NCBI GenBank assembly: GCA_002633005.1
Contig: NMRA01000007.1
Location: forward strand, 944,362-1,008,361
Direction: 5' to 3'
From: Phoronis australis
Lineage: Eukaryota; Animalia; Phoronida
DNA length: 64,000 nt
Shown here: piece after piece, positions 27,167 through 40,307 of the stretch
Layout of the letters: every line of letters starts with the position of its first letter
Position numbering within the stretch: position 1 is the first letter of the stretch
Notes under the pieces: generated by a model
The model's database searches: none
The model's input: the letters and a program-made list of their open reading frames with translations, nothing else
What the model was told of the DNA's origin: nothing
Made by a program: the position numbers and the translations under genes

Positions 27167-28307
27167 GTAGTTGTAACAGCAAACATCCAATTAAGTGACT
27201 AACTGCGTCATGAACGAACGCAAATTTGGTTTTAATGTTTATGATCTGCGAAGTATGAATACCCCTGTATTTTAATAATGAACCAGAAAAATATGGTATC
27301 ATGTTTGTAAGCTTTGAAGGAAAATAACGATCATGACTTGAACCGTTTACATAATCTTCACAAAAAGTGGAAATGCCAACAACTTCCAATTGAAAAGCAA
27401 ACCTAAGTGGTTCAAAACTGTCATTCTTCCCGCAATTTGTGTTTTCTTTTGTTTATGGAGCGACAAAATTTATTTTCACCCTGGAATATCATTCCAATAT
27501 CTTGCATATTTAGTGCAGTGAAGGCGAGCATTCAAAATATAGCTGTTCACTATGAAAGAACGCCCTTATTTCAGTGGGCAGGTTTTCAGAAAAAGAACTC
27601 GTTCGGGGCTGCTTTTTCGGACAGTTTTCGAAACTCAAGCAGAGTTTGGTTCAAATTAAAATATGAAACCGAAAACAAAAAATCTAATGACAACGTTTGG
27701 AAGATGAATTATCCAAAAAAACACACAATTTCACTTAAATGTTTTACGCGACCCATCTTAGAAACGTTTTTCGAATTGAGGCGGATTGCGTTATACTATA
27801 GAAGATTCTCACGTAGGTCAAACTTGTTATTTTGTAATTTTATCAACGACTTGTATTTTAAATTTCGTGAATATTGGTTTTTGAAAAAAGAATTTTACTT
27901 TATACAAGCAACATTTACGCTACATTTCTACGATAACGGAGCACTGTGTCTGAAACAGTACTTGCTAATTAGTGACGACTGTATCAGCTGGGCAACTTAT
28001 AAACGTACTCAGTGTACAAGTCACGTGATATTGCCCTGTATTTGTATCCCATTAACATTTCACCTGTTGTCTTGCCAAGGAACCTGTGTGCTAGTCATAA
28101 AACAACCTCAAACTAAGGACCCCACTTTGTAACAGTGCGTAGTTGTTACTGCTTTTATTATATCCCCCAAGAAAATTACTTACGGAATCGTCAGCGACAT
28201 TTTTGGGTAAAATTACCACAACAGGACTTGCTATTCTTTTGAATTCAACGTAAACGTACATTGTGTTACACTTAGTATGTTTTAATTATATGCTACAGCT
28301 CTGCCAC

Positions 28308-28507
28308 CTGATCCATGAAAAAGTGAGCTAAGACTCCTTGTACGTTCCGGAAAAATTATCTCACTTGAGCAAAAATGCGGTCTGCTGAAAAAATACGCAA
28401 CAAAATTGCTAGTTAATGAGGTAATTTAGATAATTATCTCTAGAGTGCAGAGATGTGCTAATTACTGCTTGACTAAGCTTTAACTCACTTTTCATGAGAG
28501 ACCCCTG
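28308..28507. mobile_element. Palindromic MITE-like element
   Basis: Inverted ends catgaaaaagtgagctaa ... ttaactcacttttcatg; a similar architecture occurs at ~61668-61919. Confidence 0.55.
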
Positions 28508-29022
28508 TTGTTGGTAAAGTTTTGTGCCGCATCTCAAACTCTGTGAACAGAAGAATGAGATTGAATCACCTCACCCATGACATTACAATGTCTGATGGCT
28601 CACAGCATAAGGGCATTTAAGTTAAGTTCATGATTATAAAATTGTTAATTTCTGATCTACAAGAATTAATGTGACTTCTATTAGTGGTTTTGTAGAAGTT
28701 CTACACGCATTTTCCTGTATATATACGTGAAAGAGACAATTTTTTCACGTACATTTCTGGGCAGTTGGAGTCAGTTGCCTAGGTTGGATTGCCTATATAA
28801 ACATTGTGGTTCAATGCCTGGTCTCGAGCTATAACGAACAGTTAGTTCCTTCGAAACCTTGAAATTACCTTCAGTTAGTTACCAGTTTCATAACGGAAAG
28901 TTGTCTAAGTCAAGTTGTAGCTTTTTCTTAAGGAAAGGTGGGTTTGTGGCCTCTTACAGATCTAAGAGTCTTAAAAATCTCCTAATCTTAACTTCAAAAG
29001 TGTATATATCGTTGTTTCAGCA

Positions 29023-29266
29023 CATGGGTGCACTCAGGGCGGGGGGGGGGGCTCGAAGGAGCCCCATAATTTGGCGAATTGGGCAAAAAGGTCTGCCTCA
29101 ATGAAACAAAAAGTCCGAGCAAATGAGACAAAAGTCCACAGGAATTCGCACAATACGTAGGCCTAGTCGCCTCGTTTTTTTTAGTCCTCGTTGATTTTCT
29201 TCAGTAAAAAAGGTCCGCATACCGAAAATTCGAGCCCCCCTGTATTTTAGGCTGGGTGCGCGCATG
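29023..29266. mobile_element. MITE with CATG-start GC-rich TIRs, 5-bp TSD CAGCA
   Basis: catgggtgcactcag ... ctgggtgcgcgcatg; cagca at 29018-29022 and 29267-29271. Confidence 0.75.
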
Positions 29267-29729
29267 CAGCACTATTAGCACGGTTAGCAGGAAGTCCCGG
29301 GTTCGTGCCAGGCAGGTCGGGACAGAGATCGTCGCGTGATGTCACCAGCACATGGAATGTAAGAAGACTAATAATTCTAACTTACACCATATCGACGGGC
29401 TGACTTATAACAGAACGATTCTATATAATTTTTATTAGTTTTTGGCTCTAACATCGTGCATACAGCAGCTAAAAAACATTCACAGGAATTAGATAGCCGA
29501 ATATAGTATTACATTAGCATTACAATCGTAACATGCACTGTACATATTGTCCTGAGGTCAGCGGGCTGTAAAGTTCTTCACAGGGCCTTCCCCAATTCAA
29601 TATTGGTTTGTTAGTTTTGTATTTTATACGACATAAAATAAACGCTCTATTACTATAATATACATATGCATTTCAAGTATACACCTGTTGTGACCGGCCA
29701 CAGTATGGCATTAGAGTGTGCAATGCTAG

Positions 29730-30100
29730 TTATTTATTTATTTAATTGTAATATTTACAATGAGGGTAACCCCATCAGTTCTCACTGCTTTCCATGGGGC
29801 CCCCAGTATTCACCACTTAGTCAGGTGGTTGATCAAAATTAAATTTTATTCCATGCCTAATAGCAGGAAGACATTAACACGCAGGGACAACTATTTTGGC
29901 GCATTTCAACGCGTTTTCAAATGTGATTTAAAAAGAGATTAGTTCAAGTTGTCAGGAATCTAAGCATTGTGAGGTAAAAGTACACCAATTCGATCCCTGA
30001 AGATCGCACATGAGAAGTGCTGAAGTGCTTTGAACATGACATGTTACTCTTATAAAAATACCGTTTACAAGAACTTCCCAAATCACGAGCTTCTTAAGTC
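29730..30100 (-). mobile_element. Highly degenerate LINE 3' end (L2/CR1-like)
   Basis: Minus-strand remnants reading G.L..N..IPDNL..SLFKSHLK followed by a 3'UTR and a (TAAA)n-like tail at ~29730-29745. Confidence 0.4.
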
Positions 30101-31268
30101 GCCACCATAGATATATCTGTGGATGTCAATGCATAGAAAACGTGACAGTCACAAATAATGTGGTCTGTGATCGACCACCTCATTCATTCTTATGGTAATG
30201 TCTTCTGGGTAAATAGGCATACAACTACTTTGTAAAATCAAATACGATCTAAAAATGTGAAAAATAGCACAATTTCACCACTATACGTTACACATCGTTG
30301 TCATCGCTTCGTAGACAAAATTCCTCTGCAAAACCTAACTGACTGAAAACATTCCAGAAGTACCTGCCACAGCCGGGTCCGTGACGCGCTCCTCATTCAA
30401 TGCGCGCTATTTCTTTCCTTGTGTTGTAATTAACAAATTTTTACCTCAACACTTAAAAAGTTAAACTTTCAATGACAGATTTAGTAATCATAGTCCGCAG
30501 TGTCTGAAGTGGGCGGAGCGAACAGGCAGAGGTTACCACTGATACCCAGTCTATGTTCCCTAATCCCTTAACAAAAGAAGCTGGTCGTAAAGGTCCAGAC
30601 AGCTCTGTGGTAAGTAGCCACAGCATTGTAATCCCAATTGGTAAGCATTTACAGTTGCCGATTGGGAAATGCGATGTAGCGCCATCTGTAGCGTCGGTTT
30701 CGGTCTTTCCTAATCGATGCTGTACTTTTTCGTAGCCACTTTTCAAAAAAATACACGTGGTGCAGTGACGCGAGTGCACGTGCTCGGGTCGATGGGAAGT
30801 GGCGACGCTGATGCATGTGAAGCACTGGTTATGTGACTATTTTAGCCAGAAAGGAGATGACTATGATTGACAAGACACACAATGTTCTTTAAAAATCAGC
30901 TTGCATACATTTGTGTGATTTATGGAAACTGAAATACGATCAACGAGTTTACTTGAGCTGATGAGAAGAGGCGTTTTTTCTTTCTAGCTGAAGTAGTGCA
31001 GGTTACAAAATAAGTCGGAACGCAGTCTTGTAACAGACGAAGCGCATGCACCAGATTCCCTGGTGTCCGACGGTCTCCGACGTGTTCACACTGTCCCGCG
31101 GACAATGTACTTCATAATGATATCCACGGAATCCATCATATGATTAAATATGTAAATCAAGCATATGCCTGGTGACAACAATTAGACATATATACATGTA
31201 TATAGCTTATCTAGCGCCGCTGGTCAGTTATGCAAATAACCATCAGTCCCGTTATCGCCACCACGTGG

Positions 31269-33191
31269 TTAGTCACCGTCAACAGCAGCAGCAGCAGCGC
31301 CGCCATTGTCACCCTGGTCCTCATCTTCACCCTTAGACCATTCGATCTTGAACGCCTTGACAGTGCTGCTAACATTCGTTCCCTCGGCGTAACAGCTCAC
31401 CCAAAGGAGACCCTTGTTGTCAAATGCGACGGCACGAGGCCCCTGCAAGCAGCGGTTAGACAAAACAACCCTATGAAATGTGCAGTTAGGAGTGAGTGAG
31501 ATCACCTCGTCTTTACCCGCGTTCACTACATAGATAAAGTCGTTTTTGTCGACGCAAACGCCTCCTAATGGATCGTCGGCGACGAACTGTGCAAGCGAAT
31601 TGCCGTCAATATCGAACATGAAGATTGTCTTCAGGTCGCGGTCTACTATCAGGATATTATCTTTACTGGTAACTGCTGTGTGCAGTGGCGCCTGAAACAT
31701 ACTCTCTCCATTCTCGCCACACCCAATCTTTCGCACCAGCGCACCACCAGGATTGTACAGGCGAACATCGGGCGCTGGTTCCCGTATAGTTACCACCACC
31801 ATTTGGGTGGACGTAAATGCAATGCCTGCCGCATGATTTTCAATCTCTTGTAGCTGAGTGCTCCCATCTGCGCCGAAGGTAATGACGCCCGCCTCGCAGC
31901 TTACCTTGAAGCTGCCGTCAGGGAGAGAAATACAATCCCATGGTTTCTGAAGTTGATCGTGAACGAGTGGGTCACCAACAGGCTGCCCTTTGTCGTTGAA
32001 CTTCATTACCTTCTGGTTGGCCTCACTCACTGCAAGTATTGTATTATCCGTGGCTACTGCAAGACCACAAATTTCACGCGCACCTTCTTCGTCGGGGACC
32101 CGGATGTCGAACACAAAAACGCGCCTAGCCATGCTTCCCAACATCACACTGACCTTTTGAATGTCATCAGTACTGAATTTAGGATACGTGGGAACAAATC
32201 GCAGGATACAAGGTTCTGGAACACTTGGGAGCTCTTTGTCCATTCCACTTTCTTCAATTTCTTTTTGTAAACATGTCTCCAGCTGCAAAGTCTCTGTCGC
32301 TGATCCATACTCTGTCACCTTTTCGATGTTCTGTTTCACGACCTTGAGGACGTTTAACTCTTTCTCTGCAGCCATTGCAACAGCGTCTCTTTTTGCCTGA
32401 TTCTTGTAGTACATTGCCTTAAATCTTTGACTTTCCTTACCAATCAAAGCTCGCGTCAGCGTTTGAAAATACTCGCCAATCACTTGTTCTTGTTCAAGCA
32501 ACGTGTCAGATGATAAACTATTGTTGATTTGGATCTGGGTTTGGTGGTCTTTCAATTTCTTTAACTTCTCCTCTACCTGACCTAATAGTTGTGAAAGGTT
32601 TTTCTTCGCCATTTCGTGTGCTTCATTGATTTGGCACCGGCTTTTACCTGTGTGATCACATACACCCAAATTCACGCAATCGTTGCAAACTAATCGTTTG
32701 CAATCTTTGCAGTAGTATTTAAACAACTCTTTGTGGTCGTCGCATCTTCTACTCTGACGCTCGCGGATTGCGTCATTATGTTTGCCGTCACGGAACTCCT
32801 GCAGACTTACAACCTGGTGAGAAGCCACATGTCTTGGATGGAAAAGGCCACAATTCTGACAAAATCTTTTAAAATCGCATGTGATGCACACCATAGTCGG
32901 ATTTCTATCTTGACAGGCTACGCATGGATCATCACAATCTCGGTGTTGTTCAATCGCCGCTAAATTCTTGACCATGACATTGCAACCCATCTTCTCGACG
33001 TCTTCTGGGCAAAGATCCACTTCGCAGTGGCAGGCTAGGCAAGCGTACTTGCCATTTTCTCCACGTGATTCAACATCAGCGCGAAGGCATTCGAGACAAA
33101 AGTTGTGACTGCACGGTAGCGTTCTGGGATCTTTCAATGTCTCTGTGCAGACGCTGCATATGGAAATTGAGTCTTCCAAACTTTCGGACAT
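31269..33191 (-). CDS. Tripartite-motif (RING-Bbox1-Bbox2-coiled coil) protein with C-terminal NHL beta-propeller; E3 ubiquitin ligase, TRIM56/TRIM2/3/71-like, 640 aa, uninterrupted CDS
   Basis: RING CSVCTETLKDPRTLPCSHNFCLECL...YACLAC; B-box1 CVACQD..CITCD..FCQNC..H....H; B-box2 CDDHKELFKYYCKDCKRLVCNDC....H; coiled coil. NHL-type repeats such as FQAPLHTAVTSKDNILIVD, DPLGGVCVDKNDFIYVV and LQGPRAVAFDNKGLLWV. No filamin domain is evident. Confidence 0.93.
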   Translation of the reverse strand: MSESLEDSISICSVCTETLKDPRTLPCSHNFCLECLRADVESRGENGKYACLACHCEVDLCPEDVEKMGCNVMVKNLAAIEQHRDCDDPCVACQDRNPTMVCITCDFKRFCQNCGLFHPRHVASHQVVSLQEFRDGKHNDAIRERQSRRCDDHKELFKYYCKDCKRLVCNDCVNLGVCDHTGKSRCQINEAHEMAKKNLSQLLGQVEEKLKKLKDHQTQIQINNSLSSDTLLEQEQVIGEYFQTLTRALIGKESQRFKAMYYKNQAKRDAVAMAAEKELNVLKVVKQNIEKVTEYGSATETLQLETCLQKEIEESGMDKELPSVPEPCILRFVPTYPKFSTDDIQKVSVMLGSMARRVFVFDIRVPDEEGAREICGLAVATDNTILAVSEANQKVMKFNDKGQPVGDPLVHDQLQKPWDCISLPDGSFKVSCEAGVITFGADGSTQLQEIENHAAGIAFTSTQMVVVTIREPAPDVRLYNPGGALVRKIGCGENGESMFQAPLHTAVTSKDNILIVDRDLKTIFMFDIDGNSLAQFVADDPLGGVCVDKNDFIYVVNAGKDEVISLTPNCTFHRVVLSNRCLQGPRAVAFDNKGLLWVSCYAEGTNVSSTVKAFKIEWSKGEDEDQGDNGGAAAAAVDGD

Positions 33192-33204
33192 CTTGCTTGC
33201 TTAT

Positions 33205-33604
33205 CTGCAAAGGTTAAACATCTACTTCACGTATTATAATATAAAACCACACACCGTCATTTCTATTAAATAAAGTAATAAAAACACACAATCACGTTCC
33301 TAGCTTGCTTGAATCAAAGTTGGTCGTTTAAACAAAGAGGAAAGAAAGAACCGGAAAGGAACTGTGTCAACATGGGAGAGGAGAATGACAGTGACCCCGA
33401 CACAAATTTGGATCTGTGTTTTACTACAGGTAGTTAAAGAGTCATTTGTCCACGAATGAGGAGAGGAGGTGAAATGAAAAAGTGCTTCTTACTTTTGCTC
33501 AATCTATCACCCAAAAACATTTTCTTTCAATGACTCCAAGAAACACATAACACAACCAGGTCACTTGAGGGAAAGCTATACAATGTACTCACAGGCCATT
33601 TATA
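33205..33604 (-). promoter_or_regulatory. Putative TRIM promoter: TATAAA (33599-33604), short non-coding exon 1 (~33575-33493), 5'UTR intron 33492-33205
   Basis: Acceptor tttgcAG 13 nt before the ATG, donor AA|gtaaga at 33492, and a minus-strand TATAAA ~110 nt upstream of that donor. An alternative donor gtgagt exists at 33592. Confidence 0.45.
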
Positions 33605-33808
33605 GCGACACGTACTTATCTAATTATTTTCCGCTGTACGGATACATCAGACAGTAAAGATTTTAGCTACAAACTCAAGTAAAAACTCGAGATTTCGGGT
33701 TCAAACTCGAAATTGAAGCGTTAAAGCTAGAGTCACCAAGTGCAAAATAGGATTATACTGTCATTCCCGTACACCAGAATATACTAGAGCGCAGAATAAG
33801 ACGCTTAT

Positions 33809-33963
33809 CAGGGCTGAGTTGCATAAAGGTTCAAAAGTTATAGCTGGATAAGTTTGATTGTTGCATTACGTCAGGTGGATTGCTCAACAATGCCAACGCG
33901 ACGCGTGATAATGCGATGTCATTGTTGCTGAACGGCGTATAACTTTTATGCAACTGGGCCCTG
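33809..33963. mobile_element. Palindromic MITE (Harbinger-like termini) upstream of TRIM
   Basis: TIRs cagggctgagttgcataaa ... tttatgcaactgggccctg. Confidence 0.7.
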
Positions 33964-34285
33964 GAGTTCATGTCACAGCAGAACGGAAAATGTAACAAAC
34001 AATTTTGTGATCAATGGCGGGCAGATACCGGTCACAGGCATGATATCTAACAACACTGTACTTTGGTAATAGTAACACCAAAAAACTGCGTAGGTTAACA
34101 TTTTTATTTTTCAGGTTACCTCGTTTTCAAAGCGAATTTGCCCATTCAGGAAACCCGAGTTTATGCGACCGACCGAAATTTTTTGAGGGATCTCACTCGG
34201 TTAATTAGTAAGCGACAGGAAACAAACTTTTCAAGAACAATTTAGGTTCAGGCTTAAAACCAATCAAAAGTAGTTAGCTGGTTAA

Positions 34286-34726
34286 GGGGGACGACTATCT
34301 ATAAAAAGCTCGGCCGATTTCTGGAAAGGTTCAACTCATCTCGAAAGGCAGTATAGCGCTCGATTTTGTTTCCAGGTGCTTATCCTCGGAATGTTATTTC
34401 TTCAACGACATGTGGTTCAGCCCTTCTCTTTTTATCGCATGCACTCTGGAGATCAGCACTTGGCTTTTTTCATACCGTCTTCGATTATCACACTGCCTGC
34501 GTCGATCATTCAACGTCGCCAATCCAGGAAACAGCTGATGGGGTTGCCGCCTCGATTTCAATTAGCATTCTTTGTTAGAAATCAGCGATTTTTGATAAAA
34601 GTACAAAAAACACGACAGAGTTTGCTGCTTTATAACTTCGGACAAAACTATCAACTTCAAGAAGTTATTCCTACCCTGAAAATCAACTCAAAATGTGTTT
34701 TTTCGCCCGTAAAACCGATCGTCTCC
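34286..34726. mobile_element. Possible Kolobok-type non-autonomous element (TTAA flanks)
   Basis: ttaa|gggggacgact ... atcgtctcc|ttaa; short imperfect TIR only. Confidence 0.4.
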
Positions 34727-37700
34727 TTAAGTCCTCATCATCCACTTTACGTCACGAATGCCTTGGCTATGTCAGAAACCACTATTTGAGTTTACGAAAA
34801 TACTCGAGGTTTTCCGGATGCCACGAATACAAGATTCAGTAGCAGTTGCGGCTAGAAAAATAGTCAAAATCACGAATTCTCATATAAAATACAAGGCAAT
34901 ATCTCAAGTAATCTCGCGAATTCTTTTGCATTTTAGCGAAGTCCTAACGTTACTGAATTCTAACCAGTTGTTCAGCTGTTCACTTATAGACCACTGAGTA
35001 AACAATAGTTACCAGGAAACTGGTTCCTAGGTAAACACGAGCCAATCGTTCTGTATGGGAGAGATGTTATCTCCGCACAATGGCCTTTGTGTTCAGATTG
35101 TGCAGAAGTTTTCAGTATATCGCGGAATTAACAAGTTATTTCTCTTTAATTCGTTCTGCATCACCACTGACCAGTTAGCTTCACTCCAAGTTAAGTAAAT
35201 TTATATTTATAGAGAATTTTATAGGTGCAAATCATCATTTCAGTGTCTCAGTGAGAGTTGCCATTTTTAACTGAAACGATTTTGAAAAAAAAATTGACTC
35301 CCATGACCAAGTGGTTATTGCCTCAATATTTTCAGTTGTAAAATCAAATTTAAATAGCTTGTTCCGAGTGTTATGACAGGAACGAGATGGTTGACGATGT
35401 TAGGTTGCGCAAGAAGAACAACGGGTGCCATAGCGGTAAGTCTAATCACTGGCTATGCGAACTTGAGGTAACAAGACCAACGCAAACCTTTTTGATGTGC
35501 AAACGATTGTAACGCAAATGGCAAACTTCTCGGGGTGTTTGACAGTATGATGAAATATAGACTAAGTTGGTAAATGCTTGAAATCAACTCCACTGAACAC
35601 CCATCAGACATTAGTATAAGTTATTTTGGAGCCAAGTTTCATAAAAATTTGTCAAGTTGTGTCGACAATAGCTGAGCTTCACATGCCCAAGAGAATGTCG
35701 TACGTACCTTAGACAGACCGGAATATAGACGACGTATGTAGCAATGGTTCTTTCCTTATTGCCAGGTTATCATATGCCTGTGAAATATTCAAGCCCATCC
35801 GATTGTTACGGCCAATGAGATAAATTACAGAGATCACGTGATCGAAAGTTCAACAAACTATATGCGTAACCTAAAATTTCGAAGAAACTAAAACCGAAAC
35901 CAAGTTGCAGATACGCTAATCTTTTAGGTCACGGCATAAATATCAACCACAGGCCTACGTGTGTCAGAATCATCGTTACATCTCAAAATCGGCGTGATGC
36001 TAAAAAACTGACTGACAGCGATCGAATCCGAAAGGACATCAGAGACAGAAGTCTAGCGACGAAAAATGCGTCCACTCTTGACGCAAGATGAACGAACTTT
36101 ACAAACTTTCAACGAGGATCTTTCGAAAAGATTGTTTTTATCAAGAACGGAATATAGACGCAGCGGTACAAAACAATTCAAAATTATGTATATATAAGCT
36201 TTTCAAAAGGGACAATTAATTTGAAATTGTCGCTTCATTCAAATAACCCAATTGTTTTGTCAGTTCTTTGGTAAGATTCGGTCATTTAAATCGAAAAACT
36301 TCGAATACGTTTTCCATGTAAACACCGCATCTCTCGCCAGACGCTTTGTGAAAACAAAACCTATAATGATAAAAGCTTGTAAATAAATAACAGTTTATTT
36401 GAACAACTGAAATAAACAAAGCAATGAAAGACAGGTTAAAATTACTTTTTAAGAATCATGACATTTCAAGGCGACAAACTGAGGATCACAATGAAATAAC
36501 TCCAAGGACAACAAACTAAACTGAGAGCAAATGTAAGTGCGACAAAACACACAACTTGTCATTCTACAAAGGGTCTGTTTTACTGAAAGTGAATCAAGAC
36601 TTAAGAAAGAAATTTGGTCTTATACTCCCACTTCACAGCTGTCAAATAAAGGTTTAGTCGAGTAATTATAAGCTCAGCACTTCCGACCAAATTTCAGTCT
36701 AAAGTGTTAAGAAGTCACTTTTCATAAAAAGGCCCCAGTTACCAGTACAGTTCCTTTTTACAGATACCAACTTTTAAAATGCTACAGTGGTTCTGCAAAA
36801 CGTTGAATGATGAGCATGTGTTTGCCCTAAAGAACTCGGGGATGTTATACAAATAATTTAGGATGCCACACGGCTGGAACATGACAGAACAGCAAAACGC
36901 AGCAATCGTGTAAAAATATAATATGAATCTGTAGAGTGTTGTTTCCTTATATTATTTATTCCAGGGATATCAGCAACTAAGAAGTGGCGATATGACAGAG
37001 AAAGACCATTTACTCCTTACAATCCAACTCTACAGTAACTTACTGTACTACCTAGAAGGCAGGAATGTGTAATTCGTAAATTAACTTTAAAACAATTGAA
37101 AGTGTGAGAACGTATCTATATAACAACCAAGTATGGATCATGCAAGCACCAGTATATGGAACGTTACTGCGAACAGGGTTGCGTTTGTGGAAAAGTAAGT
37201 ATTTTGTAAACTTAGCTATATCTTATCTCATGATCATCACCATTTATAAAGTGTAGTGTAGATAAGGTCCATAACATGCGTATGGTCACAAGATGTGCTT
37301 GGTCTTATTTACTGGTAGTATGGGATGATAAAGTGGCTAAAAACCAGGACCGTACTTTCGCTTCAAGCCCATGACCAAGTTGTCGAAGATGACTAAAATC
37401 CCAACAGTATTTAAAGAAACTAGCCAACATTTTTGAAATCTTACCAGTCAAATTTGCCAGGAAGTTCCAAAAATCTTACCAAGATATTCTAAAAACCTTG
37501 TCTAAACTAAAAATTCAAGAGAATATTTTAAAGATTTCGAAAATCTCAGCAATGAGCCCCAGATGGCGCGGTACCAACTGCGACAGCGGCAGTAGGGGAA
37601 GAGGGAGAAAACAGTATTTAGTGTAACTGAGAGAGATGGCGAACAACTCACTTGAAAATGAAAATTAAACAAGGTCTATGATGGGCCGTAAGGGGAAAGT

Positions 37701-38161
37701 GTCACTGTAATATTACACATCGCATGCACCTGAATCATAGCGAAACAAGTCATTATGTGAGAATGTGGAGGATTGAGGATGAAAGATATGATGGGTCGTT
37801 GGGGGAAAAGTGCCGCCATCAAAGTGCGAGCGTAACTACTTACATTACGCTGTTAATTACGCTCGTATTTTAGTTCTTACCGGCGTAAAATCACAGTCGT
37901 GCTTTATTTCTTGACGGCGTAAAATTACACAAGTAATATAATGTAATTCTTGGCCAATGACGTGCTATTTTACAACTCACGCGTGCGCGCTCTGAATCAT
38001 GGTGGATCACAACGCTACGGCAATGTCAGCGATTTTGCACGAGCGAAGTCTAATACCCAGCAACAAGCGTCCAGTGCCACACTAGAGATGACCATGGCTT
38101 AGTTAATGACTGTCACTTGAGCGCCCCATAGTGTGAACTTAAACATGTACATGTAGACTCT

Positions 38162-38300
38162 TGGAAGTGAGGCGAGGCAGAATCAAAAAACTTTTCAGAT
38201 ATCAAGAACGCATTTTGCAACATCCCAGAGTTAAAATACTTGGATGTCAACAAACCTATTACATTAAATGACGATGCTAGCACCAAGGATTAGGTCAGTG
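38162..38300 (+). mobile_element. Gypsy LTR-retrotransposon pol fragment (RT connection / RNase H start)
   Basis: WK*GEAESKNFSDIKNAFCNIPELKYLDVNKPITLNDDAST(fs)GLG matches the W.W......F..IK....P.L.Y.D..KP..L..DAS..GLG pattern. Confidence 0.8.
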
Positions 38301-39504
38301 CAACAGTGACGCAACATGCCAAGAGTATTTCAAGACAAATGCAGACCAGTATTTTCCCTGCCAGTTAAAATCTGGGCAGCCCGAAAATAAGTATAATATT
38401 ATGATCGAAATGAGATGCTACCATTTCTAAGGGCTTGACTCAGACAGGGCACATACCAAAATAACTTATATGGGATCTTCCCCATTCTTTTTGCGCCATT
38501 ACAGTTTTATCGCATTTCAGTCCAACAACACAGCCTCAAGAAGAGGTCGCCCATCTGGTTTGACAAATCAAACACGTTGGTTCAAGTACTGTTTGCTGTC
38601 ATTTCCTACCATTAAGTGGGACAACAGGAAAGTTACCTCTGGAGTGAAAGAAGTTCACGAAGGCGATTGCCTAGCTTTTTAGATGAAGGAAATCAGTTTG
38701 ATTCCATACATCTTGTATATAACACAATGTGTTCAAAGTTGAAGCAACTTCAGTCAGTCCAAGATGTGACTATTGTAATTTCTTTTGATTTTTTGATAGC
38801 CAAAGTGCACATTTGAAGTCCTGTTTTACCTCACAAAATGATGTGCCATTTACATAAAAGATTCATTTATGCTTCTTTCAATTGAGGTTGTATACTTAAT
38901 TACGAAGGTGGTTCTTTTGTCGGAAACAGAGTTTAAGACTGACAGATTGTTGCCTGGGATGCTTTGAATTTCCTGTATGTAGGTGTGTCCCTATTATGCC
39001 CAGATTCAAGGCCAGCTGGGAATAACAGGAACACTTGCGAACTGCTACTGTACAGCAAAAAAGGCATACAGTGTGTTCTTGTTGAGTTTGATAGGGTATT
39101 CTTTGATATGGTTTAAACACTTATGTTATCCTCTAGAAATTGGTTCAAATTTATCTACTGGCCAGTTTCACCTTTTACATGTGCATGAGGAGTCCCTTCA
39201 TGCTGGGTACAAGAAGGTGAAAGAGATCATGGACAGGGATCTCATGGGTGTGCCGCGCACATTTGTTGAAGAAATTTGCAGAACGAGTTCAACTTGTGAA
39301 AAGAGTGAGCCCCAGTCCTGCTGTCTACCTTGACGGCCTATCGTGGAGAACTGCCTCAGGTACACCATGCAAGTTGATATGAGAATGGTTTATAGACAAT
39401 AAACTGAAACGTGGATCAGTTCTGCCGTCTACCTTTACGGCCTATCATAAAGAACAGCCATGCAAGTTGACCTGATCAACATTCAGCATGGTCCAGTTGG
39501 CAAG

Positions 39505-39947
39505 TGTTAGGTATGTTAGGTATTCCCGCCAGGGGGCAGTTTTGAGTTTTATCAAGTTCTAGTTGGTAGCCGATGGTGGGCAGACGCGTGTCATGAATTA
39601 TCTGAACACTGAAGCTGGACTTCATGTTTTCTTCATACTTTCTAAATACTGAGCGTTATTTGTTTATGTGGTGATCCTTTGTTACGGTTCAGACAGCAGC
39701 GACTTGTGTATGGAACTTGACTGTATTATTTTGGTGGACTGGTAAGAGTCAGCGGAATGCCTTGCCTTGGTGATGAAGACTGAAGATGCCGCAAGTTTCA
39801 AGTTTTGGACTGTTGGTGCTGACGTTAGACCCTGTCTTCGTCCCAAGTGTCACGTAACTTGTTATCATGTTTCTAAATATGTAAATGGATATTAATTTAG
39901 ATCAGAATAACTGATAAGAGTTTCATTTTGTTTATATTACCGTAACA
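39505..39947. mobile_element. Solo LTR (gypsy or BEL-type), 443 bp
   Basis: TGTTA...TAACA termini; 5-bp TSD GCAAG at 39500-39504 and 39948-39952; the host motif (P.GK|YNFI) rejoins when it is removed. Confidence 0.85.
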
Positions 39948-40307
39948 GCAAGTATAACTTCATCTGTGGTGTTATTGACTATTTTTCTAAATTGCATATG
40001 AAGTTGCCAGGATGCTTGAGAAAAGAATGTTTGCATACTTTGGTCTTCCGACAGTAATACATTCAGACAATGGGAGAGAATTCAAGAATGCAGTGCTGAA
40101 GGACCTGGCACAATAGTGGGACAACACCACCTTTGTGAATGGGCGACCATGCCAAGGTGGTGTTGAAGTGGGCAATAAGATTGTGGAGCAGAAACTTGCC
40201 AATGATGGCAGAATATGACCCAGCATCATTCTCATGAATGTTGTGGCTTGGGCGAGTGATGTATGCCATGAACAACCAGGTTTGTGAGACAACGAAAAAG
40301 TCACCAT

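Noticed and set aside
27407-28132. 241-aa + strand ORF
   Set aside because: GTG start, F/K/S-rich composition typical of AT-rich non-coding or repeat DNA, and no recognisable motif.
31230-32963. Several + strand ORFs (31230, 31953, 32161, 32733)
   Set aside because: Antisense shadows of the TRIM CDS.
37690-39170. Left TIR of the Ginger element matching ...ccgtgaca at 47429
   Set aside because: No convincing TGTCACGG counterpart was found, so element boundaries and TSD are not established.
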